From NCBI GenBank assembly GCA_964437455.1, contig CAYTGG010000004.1, forward strand, positions 1-47,454: 47,454 bases of DNA. The letters are read 5' to 3'. Below the pieces are notes generated by a model that saw only the letters and a program-made list of their open reading frames with translations, searched no databases and was not told where the DNA came from. Position 1 is the first letter of the stretch. Each line of letters begins with the position of its first letter. Shown here piece by piece: positions 18,284-27,500 of the stretch. The position numbers were made by a program, and so were the translations under genes. The DNA is from Candidatus Woesearchaeota archaeon (GTDB taxonomy: Archaea; Nanobdellota; Nanobdellia; Pacearchaeales; GW2011-AR1).

Positions 18284-19273
18284 ATGTCATTAATATTAGG
18301 AATAGAATCAACAGCTCATACTTTTGGAATAGGAATAGTAAAAAATGGAAAAATATTAGCTAATATAAAGAGGAGTTATACTACAGAAAAAGGAGGAATA
18401 ATTCCTATTGAAGCTGCTAAACATCATTTTGAGAAGAAGTATGAGACTTATTTTGAAGCCTTGAGTAAAGCAGAGATTAAAGAGGAAGAGATAGATGCTA
18501 TTGCCATATCTCAAGGTCCTGGATTGGCTCCATGTCTAATTGAAGGAATGAAATTTGCAAAAGAAATGTCTAAGAAATTAAAAAAACCTCTTGTTCCAGT
18601 AAATCACTGTATTGCTCATTTGGAAATTGGAAGATTAACTGGAGCGAAAAATCCTGTTATGCTTTATGCTTCAGGAGCAAATACTCAAATAATTGCATAT
18701 GCTTCTGGAAAATTTAGAATTTTTGGAGAAACTCTGGATATTGGTGTTGGAAATTTTATAGACACTTTTGCAAGATATGTTGGAATTGGATTTCCTGGAG
18801 GTCCAAAAATAGCTGAACTTGCTGAAAAAAGCAAGAATTATATTGAACTTCCCTATAAAGTTAAAGGAATGGATGTCGCTTTTTCTGGAATGCTCACCAA
18901 TTTAAAACAAAAATTAGATTCTGGAAAGTACACTTTAAGTGATTTATCTTATTCAATGCAGGAAACAGTGTTTGCTATGTTAGTTGAAACTGCTGAAAGA
19001 GCTTTAGCTCATGTAAATAAAAAAGAATTGCTTTTGGGAGGAGGAGTTTCCTGTAATAAAAAATTACAAAAAATGTGTGAAAAAATGTGTTCTCAAAGAG
19101 ATGCTAAATTCTTTTGTCCTCCAAATGAGCTTTTAGTGGATCAGGGAGCTATGATTGCTTTTCTTGGAGAAATTATGTTTAAATCTGGAATTAAGATTTT
19201 ATATAGAAATTTAGACAAGTTAGATATAAAACCAAGACAAAGAACTGATGAAGTTAATGTTTCTTGGAGATAA
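18284..19273 (+). CDS. kae1: tRNA t6A biosynthesis protein Kae1
   Basis: LGIESTAHTFGIG, SQGPGL, VNHCIAHLEIG, GETLDIGVGN, QRTDEV; start revised to ATG 18284. Confidence 0.96.
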   Translation: MSLILGIESTAHTFGIGIVKNGKILANIKRSYTTEKGGIIPIEAAKHHFEKKYETYFEALSKAEIKEEEIDAIAISQGPGLAPCLIEGMKFAKEMSKKLKKPLVPVNHCIAHLEIGRLTGAKNPVMLYASGANTQIIAYASGKFRIFGETLDIGVGNFIDTFARYVGIGFPGGPKIAELAEKSKNYIELPYKVKGMDVAFSGMLTNLKQKLDSGKYTLSDLSYSMQETVFAMLVETAERALAHVNKKELLLGGGVSCNKKLQKMCEKMCSQRDAKFFCPPNELLVDQGAMIAFLGEIMFKSGIKILYRNLDKLDIKPRQRTDEVNVSWR

Positions 19274-19311
19274 ATTTTTATATTATTATTAATATATTTT
19301 ATTCTATTGAG

Positions 19312-19393
19312 AAATATTCTGTATTAATAAAATTGAATACAAAAGGAAAAGAAAATATTCTGTATTAATAAAATTGAATACAAAAGGAAAAGA
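19312..19393. repeat. Perfect 41-bp tandem duplication
   Basis: aaatattctgtattaataaaattgaatacaaaaggaaaaga x2. Confidence 0.9.
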
Positions 19394-19655
19394 ATATTCC
19401 TTAAACATTTTAAATTATGAAATTGAGGAATTAAACTCTTATTCTACTAGTCCTTTATTAAGGAAAATAATGTCTGAAATTGATTTATGTAATAATCTTG
19501 AGATTTTTGAGAATAAATCTTCTTTTAGAGAAATTATTCTTAATTCAATGTCTAGAAAAAAAGATTTGCAATTTTTTTACTTAGAAATTTAAAATATTAA
19601 ATTTTTTCATAACAAAAAATTTATAAACCATTTTTAATCATATTAATTATCCTAT

Positions 19656-19688
19656 GAACGAAATTCGTGAGGAAATTAAATTTCGTTC
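19656..19688 (+). promoter_or_regulatory. Hairpin in the probable 5' UTR of rpl7ae
   Basis: GAACGAAATT / AATTTCGTTC 10-bp stem with a 13-nt loop, downstream of TTTATAAA (19620-19627). Confidence 0.55.
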
Positions 19689-19701
19689 TTTGATATTTAA
19701 A

Positions 19702-20007
19702 ATGACTATGAATATTTACTCAATAATAGAAAAAGCAAAGAAGACAGGGAAAATTGAAAAAGGAACAAACGAAGTTACTAAAGCAATTGAAAGAGGAACA
19801 GCTAAATTAGTTGTTTATGCTTCTGATGTAGAACCAAAAGAAATTATTCAGCATATTCCTTTATTATGTGAAGAGAAAAAGATTAAATGTCTTGGAGTTG
19901 AGAGTAAGCAAAAATTAGGAGTTGCTGTTGGAATAAATGTGCCTGCATCTTCTGTTGCAGTGATAGAAGTTGGTGATGCTGAAAAAGATATTCAGGCATT
20001 AAAATAA
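19702..20007 (+). CDS. rpl7ae: 50S ribosomal protein L7Ae
   Basis: GKIEKGTNEVTKAIERGTAKLVVYASDVEPKEII; start at ATG 19702 or 19708 more plausible than 19654. Confidence 0.96.
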   Translation: MTMNIYSIIEKAKKTGKIEKGTNEVTKAIERGTAKLVVYASDVEPKEIIQHIPLLCEEKKIKCLGVESKQKLGVAVGINVPASSVAVIEVGDAEKDIQALK

Positions 20008-20073
20008 AATGATATATTCATATCTCTTTAAAAACTACGTCTATAAATATAAAAATTACTAGGAAGAATATAA

Positions 20074-20370
20074 ATGGGAAGCAAAAAACAACAAAAACCT
20101 AAGCAAGGAAAGCAAGTAGGTACAAAAGGAAGTGAAAAAATTCTTGGAGAAGGAACTCCTGCTATTGTTGAAAATATTATTGGAAGAACAGGATTTAGAG
20201 GAGAAATTACTCAAGTTAAATGTTTAGTACAAGAAGGAAGAGACAAAGGTAGAAGTATGAGAAGAAATGTTAAAGGGCCTATAAAAATTGGAGATGTTTT
20301 AATATTGAGAGAAACAGAAATTGAAGCAAGAAAAATTAAATCAAAAGTAACAAAAGGAGCTTATACTTAA
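20074..20370 (+). CDS. rps28e: 30S ribosomal protein S28e
   Basis: [16 protein letters not shown]...[24 protein letters not shown]; basic N-terminal extension. Confidence 0.95.
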   Translation: MGSKKQQKPKQGKQVGTKGSEKILGEGTPAIVENIIGRTGFRGEITQVKCLVQEGRDKGRSMRRNVKGPIKIGDVLILRETEIEARKIKSKVTKGAYT

Positions 20371-20380
20371 AATACTTAAA

Positions 20381-20542
20381 ATGTCTAAATGTTCATATTG
20401 TGGAAAAGAATACGATTCTTATAAAGGATTGACTTTAGTTTTGAATAGTGGAGAAATAAAACATTTGTGTTCTTCAAAATGTAGAAAGAATATGCAGATG
20501 AAGAAAAGAAAAATACGTTGGATTTCTAAGAATAAAAAATAA
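20381..20542 (+). CDS. rpl24e: 50S ribosomal protein L24e (53 aa, not in ORF track)
   Basis: CSYCGK...G...LCSSKCRKN...RKIRW; conserved L7Ae-S28e-L24e order. Confidence 0.92.
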   Translation: MSKCSYCGKEYDSYKGLTLVLNSGEIKHLCSSKCRKNMQMKKRKIRWISKNKK

Positions 20543-20618
20543 TTGGAAATGTTGTTCTAAATAGAATTATATCAAAGATAATTTTAAATACTTTCTCTCC
20601 TAATTTTCATAAAGGAGG

Positions 20619-23600
20619 ATGGCATACAAGAGATATATAAAAAGGGGCAATAAACTCTATGGCCCATATATTTATCATAGTCATAAAGAAGGTGGAAAAG
20701 TCATTTCAGAATATATAGGTAAAGGTAGTGTAACAAACAAAAACAAGAAATTATTCGGAATTTTCTCTCTTTTTTTAGGAATTTTAGCAGTTTCTTTATT
20801 TTTATTTTTATTTAATGTTTCTTTTACTGGAGATGTTATTCTGCAAATGAAAGATTCTTATTCTGAAAATGAAAATTTAAGTGGATATTTCTCATTTGTT
20901 CTAGAAAAAGAAGAATTTTTACCAGCTTCAACTAAGATTTTTATTAATAATTCAGGAGAAATTTATGAATATCCTTTATTAGATATTCTAGAAGAGCCTA
21001 CAGAAGGAGAATTTTATATGAGAGATACAAATATCTCTGGAAGAGGTTTAGGTTATGGTATGGAATCTAAATTAGTAAGTTTTGTTTTGAGAATATATAA
21101 TGAAACAGCAGTAAATGAAACTGATACTAATAAAACTGATACTAATAAAGCTGATATTGAAATTAATGAAACAGCAGTAAATAAAACTGATACTAATCAA
21201 ACTGATATTGAAATCAATGAAACAGCAATAAATGAAACTGAAGTCAATAAGACTGAAGATAATGAATCTGATATTGAAATCAATGAAACAGCAGTAAATC
21301 AAACTGATACTAATAAAACTGAAGATAATGAAACTGATATTGGAATTAATGAAACAGCAATAAATGAGACTGAAGTCAATAAGACTGAAGATAATGATAA
21401 TGAATTTGGTGATAATGAAATTAAAGAAACTGATAATAATAAAACTGAAAATAATGAAACTGAAGTTGGTGATGATGAAATTAAAAAAACTGATAATAAT
21501 GAAACTGAAATAGAATCTATAGAGGATATTCAAGAAGATCAGAAATCAGATAAAAATACTATTGAAGATGGAGAATCAGAAAAGAATGATTCTAAAATAA
21601 CTGGACAAGCTATAGGAAGATTACCAAATATCTTTACAAACTTCTATTTTGCTTTGACAGGAAATTCTATTTCTGGAATTAATATTGAAGGAGAGGTTTT
21701 AGGAGGTGAAAGATTTGTTTATAATTTATCTGAAGGACAAAACGCAGAAATTGTTTCTTCTTCTAATGATATAAATTTGATAGTAGAAGATAATCAGATA
21801 ATTGTCACAACAAATTCTACTTCAAGTAAAAGAGAGATAATTCTTAGCCTTGAAAAACTAAAAATTCCTGCTAGAAATGGAAGACTAGAAATTAGTTTAG
21901 TTTATGATGGAACAGAATTATCCTCTTTTGAAAAAGAGATTTCAGTAAAAGAAGAATTAGAAAACGAGACTGAACTTAATTTAAGTTTTGATATTGAGAA
22001 GAGAACAAAAAAACAATTTAAAGCTGTAATAAATCGGCCAGTAAAATGGATTGAGATTATTGATACTTCTAATGAAAGTATTAAAATAGAAATTCCAAAG
22101 CAGGCGAGAAATATAACTGTTAAAAAAGGAGAAGAAGTAGAAAAATCTCTAGAAGAATTTGAAGAATATAAAGAAGTAGTAAGAAGAACTGACAAAAGAG
22201 AATTATTAAAAAAATCTGAAATAGGAATTACAGGCCAGGTTTCTTTGGATATTGAAAAAGAAAGAGGATTCTTTTCAAAAATTTTAAATTTTTTCCTTAA
22301 AAAAACAATTACTGGAAATGTTATTTCAGAAGAGCAGATTAAAGAGAATATAACAGAAACAGAGAAGAACAAAATTATTGAGATAGAACCTAAAAAAATA
22401 GGAGCAGAAAATGAGAGTATTGCTGTAGAATATTATACAGATGCGCCATTCTCAAATGAAACAATTTCTTTTGGAAACAAAAAGAGAATAATAATTTCCT
22501 CTTCTGATGAATTGAACTATACAGATATTTTAGCTTATACTCTTTTGGATAAGAAAGTTCCCAAAGATAAAGTTGAAAGCATAAAACTATATTGGTATGC
22601 TTCTCTAGAAGATGCTGTTAAATATGGATATATGAATGAAGATTTAATAAATAATATAAGTGAAAATTATAATTTTACTTCTAATGATTCTTCTTTTAAT
22701 TCAACTGATACTTCTTTTAATTCAACTGATTCTTCTTTTGATTTAATGGAAGTAAAAGACTTATTAAATTTTGAGAAAGTGCCAATTCCCTCTGGATTTA
22801 GAATTGAGACTGATTTTGAAGCTTATGATTTAGATGGAGATGGTTATCTGGATTATGTTGAATGGATAGTTCCTCATTTGAGTAACCAGATATATGAAAT
22901 TGTGATAGAAATTAATAAAGCAGAACATTTAGATGAAAACAGAGATTTTATTTCTGATATTACAGAAAGAGTGATAAAGAAAGATAATAATTGGAGCGAG
23001 AAAATAGGTAATTCAGAATATGTAAGAATTTATTTTGAGAAAAATCTAACTTCTAGAAATGATATAACTTTTTATGCAAGAGATTTAGGAGATGATAGTG
23101 CAAATGTTGAGATTTATACTAAAGACGGAAATGAAAGAATTTCAGTTATTAAAAATATAAAAGAGGAAAAATATTATAAGACTTATCTTCTAAACTTGTC
23201 TGAAAACACTTCTATTTTTGATTTGAGAATTATCTCGAATTTCGGAGTCGAATTTGATCATATAATTGATCCTTATATAAATGTGATTATTAATGAAACA
23301 AATGATTATTTGTATATGCAAAATAGAACAGAATCGACTTCTCACGGAGCAAGATTAGATGCACCTGTTTTATTTATGAATTTCAATGAGGAAAATGAAA
23401 GTGATTATGTAAAAGATAATTCGATTTATAATAACTATGGAACAATAAATGGAAATCCAATTTATGATTCGTCATGCTCTTCTCCAATTGGCGATGGAGG
23501 AGGATGTTATGAGTTTGACGGATATGGAGATTATATTGAGATACCTAATAATCTCGGATATTCCAATAAAGTTTCTGCTTTTGCTTGGTTTAAACAAAAA

Positions 23601-25379
23601 GGAACTCCAGCAGGAGATTTTCATATTATTTTTGGAGGACAAGAACTAGAGATGAGTATATCTAATACAGGTTATTTAAGAACAGGAGTTTATACAGACA
23701 GTAGATATTATTCAGACTATGGTTCTGGCTTAACTGATGGAAATTGGCATTTTGTAGGATTTACTTTTGATGGAACAAATAAATCTACTTATATTGATGG
23801 AGAATATGTTGGAAGCAGTGATGTTTCTGGAACATTAACTTCTTCCTTTTCTAATAGGAGAATTGGTAGATTTGGAAGCTCTGATACTTATTATGCAAAC
23901 GGCTCAATCGATAATGTTCAAATATGGGACAGAGCATTAGAGGCATGGGAAATTAAAGAACTTTATGATGGAACTTATAATGCATCAGAAACTATTGGAA
24001 AATATGCAAGAACAGGAAACTTTAGCAGTTATGCTTATTATAATGACACAGCGATTTATTGGAATATAACCGCAAGTATAGCTGATTCTGATGGAGAAGG
24101 ATTGAATCTAAGTCATCCTAATTTAGTTTCTTATTGGGCTCTTGATGGAGATTATGAAGATTCTAAAGGAAACAATGATGGAAGTTGCTCTGTCGGAACT
24201 TGTCCTCATAATTCTACTGGTTTAAGCTCTTCTGCAATGTTATTTGATGGAGAGGATGACTATCTTTCTATCTCAGTGAGTGATTCAACAACTATTTCTT
24301 ATTGGAAGAAAAACAGCACAGATTCTTCTTGGTATCATATAATTAATTCTTCAAATGGATTTTATATTAATGGAATTAATACTACTTATCAGACAATTTA
24401 TATTAACAAAACAGTTATTGGAAGAAGTGATTCTGGATATTACTTCAATGGTTCTCTTGATGAAATTGCAATATATAATAAATCACTCACGACATCTGAG
24501 ATTGATGAATTGTATAAAATAGGATTAAGTCAGCACGCAGATACTAATGTTAGTATTTTTGTAAGAACAGCAAATAGTTACAATTTAAGCAATTCTAAAT
24601 TAGTAAGCTTCTGGAGTTTTAATGAGCAAAATGCAGATGATGAAATGGACAGAAACGATGGAACAGTTTATGGAGCTACTTGGATGCAAGAGTCAGGAGT
24701 TGTAGGAGGAGGATACAGCTTTAGTGATAATGATTATATTAATGTAGATGAAACAGAGTCATTGAATCCTTCTGAAATAAGTATTGAATTTTGGTTTAAT
24801 CCTAAAGAAGATTATAATTCAGAAACAGAGCTTGTTACTTTGTTGAGTCATTCTTATTATGAAGTTTATATTGAAGATGGAAGAATGGTTTTTGAGTATG
24901 AAGGAAGTAAAATAAACTCTTCTACATCTACTTGGAACAAAAATCAGTGGTATCATGTTTTAGTAACTTATGATGGAGTCTCACAAACAGTTTATATAAA
25001 CAGTGTTAATGAAAGTAGTGCTGTTGCAACTTTAGTAGCACCATTTAAAATAAAAGATTCAGCAGGAAATAATGTTGCTTCATTTTTTGATTCTGGAAAT
25101 TTAATTTTAAAAGGAAAATGTTTTGCAAAAGCTGATTGCACTGATCCAGGAGACACATCTTTTATAATTAAAAACTCTGGAGAGGTAGTTGCTTATATAA
25201 ATTCATCAGGAGATTTATGTATTGAAGATTCAAATTGTGATGATTATGATGAAAATTGTGATAATCCTGGAGATAATTCCTTTATAGTTCAAAATTCAAC
25301 TTTGAATAATGTTATTTATATAAATTCGACGGGAAATCTATGCTTAATTAGAACTTTAAAAGAGAATGGAAATCCATAA
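20619..25379 (+). CDS. Giant N-terminally anchored surface protein with LamG-like domains
   Basis: TM helix at ~aa 46-66, acidic NxT-rich repeats, DLDGDGYLD motif, three LamG-type segments (WHFVGFTFDG...GSIDNVQIW; GSLDEIAIY; WYHVLVTYDG), C-terminal F-x-[IV]-[KQ]-[DN]-S repeats. Confidence 0.85.
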   Translation: MAYKRYIKRGNKLYGPYIYHSHKEGGKVISEYIGKGSVTNKNKKLFGIFSLFLGILAVSLFLFLFNVSFTGDVILQMKDSYSENENLSGYFSFVLEKEEFLPASTKIFINNSGEIYEYPLLDILEEPTEGEFYMRDTNISGRGLGYGMESKLVSFVLRIYNETAVNETDTNKTDTNKADIEINETAVNKTDTNQTDIEINETAINETEVNKTEDNESDIEINETAVNQTDTNKTEDNETDIGINETAINETEVNKTEDNDNEFGDNEIKETDNNKTENNETEVGDDEIKKTDNNETEIESIEDIQEDQKSDKNTIEDGESEKNDSKITGQAIGRLPNIFTNFYFALTGNSISGINIEGEVLGGERFVYNLSEGQNAEIVSSSNDINLIVEDNQIIVTTNSTSSKREIILSLEKLKIPARNGRLEISLVYDGTELSSFEKEISVKEELENETELNLSFDIEKRTKKQFKAVINRPVKWIEIIDTSNESIKIEIPKQARNITVKKGEEVEKSLEEFEEYKEVVRRTDKRELLKKSEIGITGQVSLDIEKERGFFSKILNFFLKKTITGNVISEEQIKENITETEKNKIIEIEPKKIGAENESIAVEYYTDAPFSNETISFGNKKRIIISSSDELNYTDILAYTLLDKKVPKDKVESIKLYWYASLEDAVKYGYMNEDLINNISENYNFTSNDSSFNSTDTSFNSTDSSFDLMEVKDLLNFEKVPIPSGFRIETDFEAYDLDGDGYLDYVEWIVPHLSNQIYEIVIEINKAEHLDENRDFISDITERVIKKDNNWSEKIGNSEYVRIYFEKNLTSRNDITFYARDLGDDSANVEIYTKDGNERISVIKNIKEEKYYKTYLLNLSENTSIFDLRIISNFGVEFDHIIDPYINVIINETNDYLYMQNRTESTSHGARLDAPVLFMNFNEENESDYVKDNSIYNNYGTINGNPIYDSSCSSPIGDGGGCYEFDGYGDYIEIPNNLGYSNKVSAFAWFKQKGTPAGDFHIIFGGQELEMSISNTGYLRTGVYTDSRYYSDYGSGLTDGNWHFVGFTFDGTNKSTYIDGEYVGSSDVSGTLTSSFSNRRIGRFGSSDTYYANGSIDNVQIWDRALEAWEIKELYDGTYNASETIGKYARTGNFSSYAYYNDTAIYWNITASIADSDGEGLNLSHPNLVSYWALDGDYEDSKGNNDGSCSVGTCPHNSTGLSSSAMLFDGEDDYLSISVSDSTTISYWKKNSTDSSWYHIINSSNGFYINGINTTYQTIYINKTVIGRSDSGYYFNGSLDEIAIYNKSLTTSEIDELYKIGLSQHADTNVSIFVRTANSYNLSNSKLVSFWSFNEQNADDEMDRNDGTVYGATWMQESGVVGGGYSFSDNDYINVDETESLNPSEISIEFWFNPKEDYNSETELVTLLSHSYYEVYIEDGRMVFEYEGSKINSSTSTWNKNQWYHVLVTYDGVSQTVYINSVNESSAVATLVAPFKIKDSAGNNVASFFDSGNLILKGKCFAKADCTDPGDTSFIIKNSGEVVAYINSSGDLCIEDSNCDDYDENCDNPGDNSFIVQNSTLNNVIYINSTGNLCLIRTLKENGNP
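21099..21510 (+). repeat. Degenerate coding tandem repeats rich in N-glycosylation sequons
   Basis: Recurrent gatattgaaatcaatgaaacagca(g/a)taaat units encoding DIEINETAVN / NKTEDNE. Confidence 0.85.
22683..22742 (+). repeat. 21-bp coding tandem repeat (D[ST]SFNST)
   Basis: gattcttcttttaattcaact gatacttcttttaattcaact gattcttctttt. Confidence 0.8.
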
Positions 25380-25477
25380 AAAAAGAAATGATGAAGATAA
25401 AGAATTTAAAGAAGGGTAGTGTAACAAAATTTAAATATATTAAATTATTAATAAATGAAAGATGAAAAAGAGGAAAT

Positions 25478-25669
25478 ATGAAAAAACCAATTAAAATTTA
25501 TTTAGATTGTGAAACTGAGAAAAAATTAATTAAAAAAGCAGAAGAAACAGGATTTAGTGGTAGAGGTGCTTTAGCAAAGTTCTTTGAAAAAATTGCATCT
25601 GAAGATATCTGTTTTTTAGATAAAAATTTAAGGAAAATGTTAAAAACTTTATTTCCAAGTAATGATTAA
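25478..25669 (+). CDS. Small putative ribbon-helix-helix DNA-binding protein
   Basis: N-terminal alternating strand KPIKIYLD followed by two amphipathic helices separated by a Gly turn. Confidence 0.55.
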   Translation: MKKPIKIYLDCETEKKLIKKAEETGFSGRGALAKFFEKIASEDICFLDKNLRKMLKTLFPSND

Positions 25670-25722
25670 AATTAACAAAAATATTTAAAAACCCTTTTAT
25701 CTTGATTAGAATAATAAATAAA

Positions 25723-26010
25723 ATGAAACAAAAAAATAACCTATTGATTTTGATTTTGATAGCAGTGGTTGTAGTTTTGTTAGGAATAGTTCTTTATCTC
25801 TTGGTTATTAAACCAAGTTTTACTGGCTATGCTATTAATGCTCAAAATGAAGGAGCAGAGTATATCATAGGAACTATTTTCCAGATGGCATCACAATGTC
25901 AACAAGTTCCAATTACTTTTGACAACCAGACAATCAATCTAGTTGCAATTGAATGTCTTCAACAAGCACAACAGCAAGCACCACAGACATCAGATGAATT
26001 GTTAGAATAA
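25723..26010 (+). CDS. Small membrane-anchored protein
   Basis: N-terminal TM helix, SFTGYA, Cys pair, Gln-rich tail; ATG 25723 preferred over TTG 25702. Confidence 0.75.
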   Translation: MKQKNNLLILILIAVVVVLLGIVLYLLVIKPSFTGYAINAQNEGAEYIIGTIFQMASQCQQVPITFDNQTINLVAIECLQQAQQQAPQTSDELLE

Positions 26011-26098
26011 TAATAATTTTTTTATTTTTATTTTTTAGATTTTTATAATTAATTTTATAAAAAAACCAAAGATTTAAATTTTAATTTTACTCTTTTTA

Positions 26099-27499
26099 AT
26101 GATGAATAAAAGAGAGGATATTATTATTCTAGGAATATTTCTATTTTTTATATTTCTTGTAGGAATAAATGCATTATCTATCGGAGGAGAATCTGGAAGT
26201 TTTTATGATGGACAGATAGATGAGGTTAGAATATATAATGGAAGTCTTTCTTCTGAAGAAGTAAGAAGCAATTATGAATTAGATTATATTAATTGGGACT
26301 CTTGGAGTAAATTAGGATATTTAGAAGATTTAGTTCCAGTAAGATCTCCTTTAGCGAAATTTCTGCAATTTAAATTCTTGTTAGAGTCAAATGATACAGA
26401 AGTAAGTCCTAGTGTGTTAAACTACACTACTAAATCAGCTGGTTCTAATTTAGGACCGAGCATTCTTTTAGTTAGAGTAAATTCATCTTATGGAACCAAT
26501 TATACAGACGAGAATTTGTATTGTTATGTAAATATAACAGATTCTGATGATTCAAATGTTTATGCTAATTTTACTTGGTATAATGATACTGGAGCAGTAT
26601 TCTCAGGAGAATACGGTCCTTTTAGTATAGATACTTTAACTTTAATTTCAATATTGGAATCCGGAAATACTTCTAAATATGAAAACTGGACATGCTCAGT
26701 AAAAGCTTATGATGGAAAAGATTATGAAAATAATGAAAGTAATGCTTCTATAACTATTCTTAATAAACCTCCAGAAGTAAATCTGAGTTATCCTTTAGAT
26801 GACTTCGAAACTACAAATAGAACACCTACATTTAATTGGACAGGAAGCGATGCAGATGGAGATCCCATAACTTATGAACTAAATATATCTTGCTTTCATT
26901 CTGCTGGAGGAACCTGTTCTATTGATGATAGATACTTTACAAATTTAATATTAGAAAATAAAACTCTGGAAGAATATCTAAAATATTTGTGGGATAAAAA
27001 TTATTATTATAATTGGACTGTGAGAGCTAATGATAGTGAAGATTATGGAGAATGGGCTCCTCCTAGAAGATTGAAGATTCAAGCACTTATTGCAACTTCA
27101 CTTCCTGTGGATTTTGTAGATTTTGGAGAAATGGAGCCAGAAGAGATTAATGACACTTCTGATGATAATCCTTCTCCTTTAGAACTTCAAAATGATGGAA
27201 ACTGTTTTGTAAATACAACCATAAATGCAACAGATTTATGGTCAAGCGAGAATAATCCTTCTGAATATTATCTTTACAAAATAGATAATAAAACAGGAGA
27301 AGAAGGAGCTTTTGTATGGGATTTAAGTGAGGTATCCTGGATTAATATGCCTTCTATAAACTCTCTTGCAATAGCAAAATTAGACTGGAATGATTCTAAA
27401 GATCTTGCTGAAACTGATTTAAAAGTAAAAGTTCCAAATCATGAACTTCCTGGAAATAAAACATCAACAATCTGGTTTATATCAAGTTTAGGAGAATAA
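26099..27499 (+). CDS. Secreted multi-domain protein: LamG C-terminal half, Ig-like/Fn3-like domains, C-terminal pilin-like domain
   Basis: Signal peptide ending GINA; GQIDEVRIYNGSLS; WTCSVKAYDG; WTVRAND; VDFG...LELQNDGNC...VPNHELPGNKTSTIWF. Confidence 0.8.
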   Translation: MMNKREDIIILGIFLFFIFLVGINALSIGGESGSFYDGQIDEVRIYNGSLSSEEVRSNYELDYINWDSWSKLGYLEDLVPVRSPLAKFLQFKFLLESNDTEVSPSVLNYTTKSAGSNLGPSILLVRVNSSYGTNYTDENLYCYVNITDSDDSNVYANFTWYNDTGAVFSGEYGPFSIDTLTLISILESGNTSKYENWTCSVKAYDGKDYENNESNASITILNKPPEVNLSYPLDDFETTNRTPTFNWTGSDADGDPITYELNISCFHSAGGTCSIDDRYFTNLILENKTLEEYLKYLWDKNYYYNWTVRANDSEDYGEWAPPRRLKIQALIATSLPVDFVDFGEMEPEEINDTSDDNPSPLELQNDGNCFVNTTINATDLWSSENNPSEYYLYKIDNKTGEEGAFVWDLSEVSWINMPSINSLAIAKLDWNDSKDLAETDLKVKVPNHELPGNKTSTIWFISSLGE

Positions 27500-27500
27500 A

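Noticed and set aside
19312-19393. 41-bp repeat as a CRISPR array
   Set aside because: Two adjacent copies with no spacer, and no cas genes in the window.
19374-19592. 72-aa ORF
   Set aside because: TTG start inside the tandem duplication and no recognisable motif; cannot be supported.
21072-21533. 153-aa minus-strand ORF
   Set aside because: Antisense shadow of the low-complexity repeat in ORF 20619.
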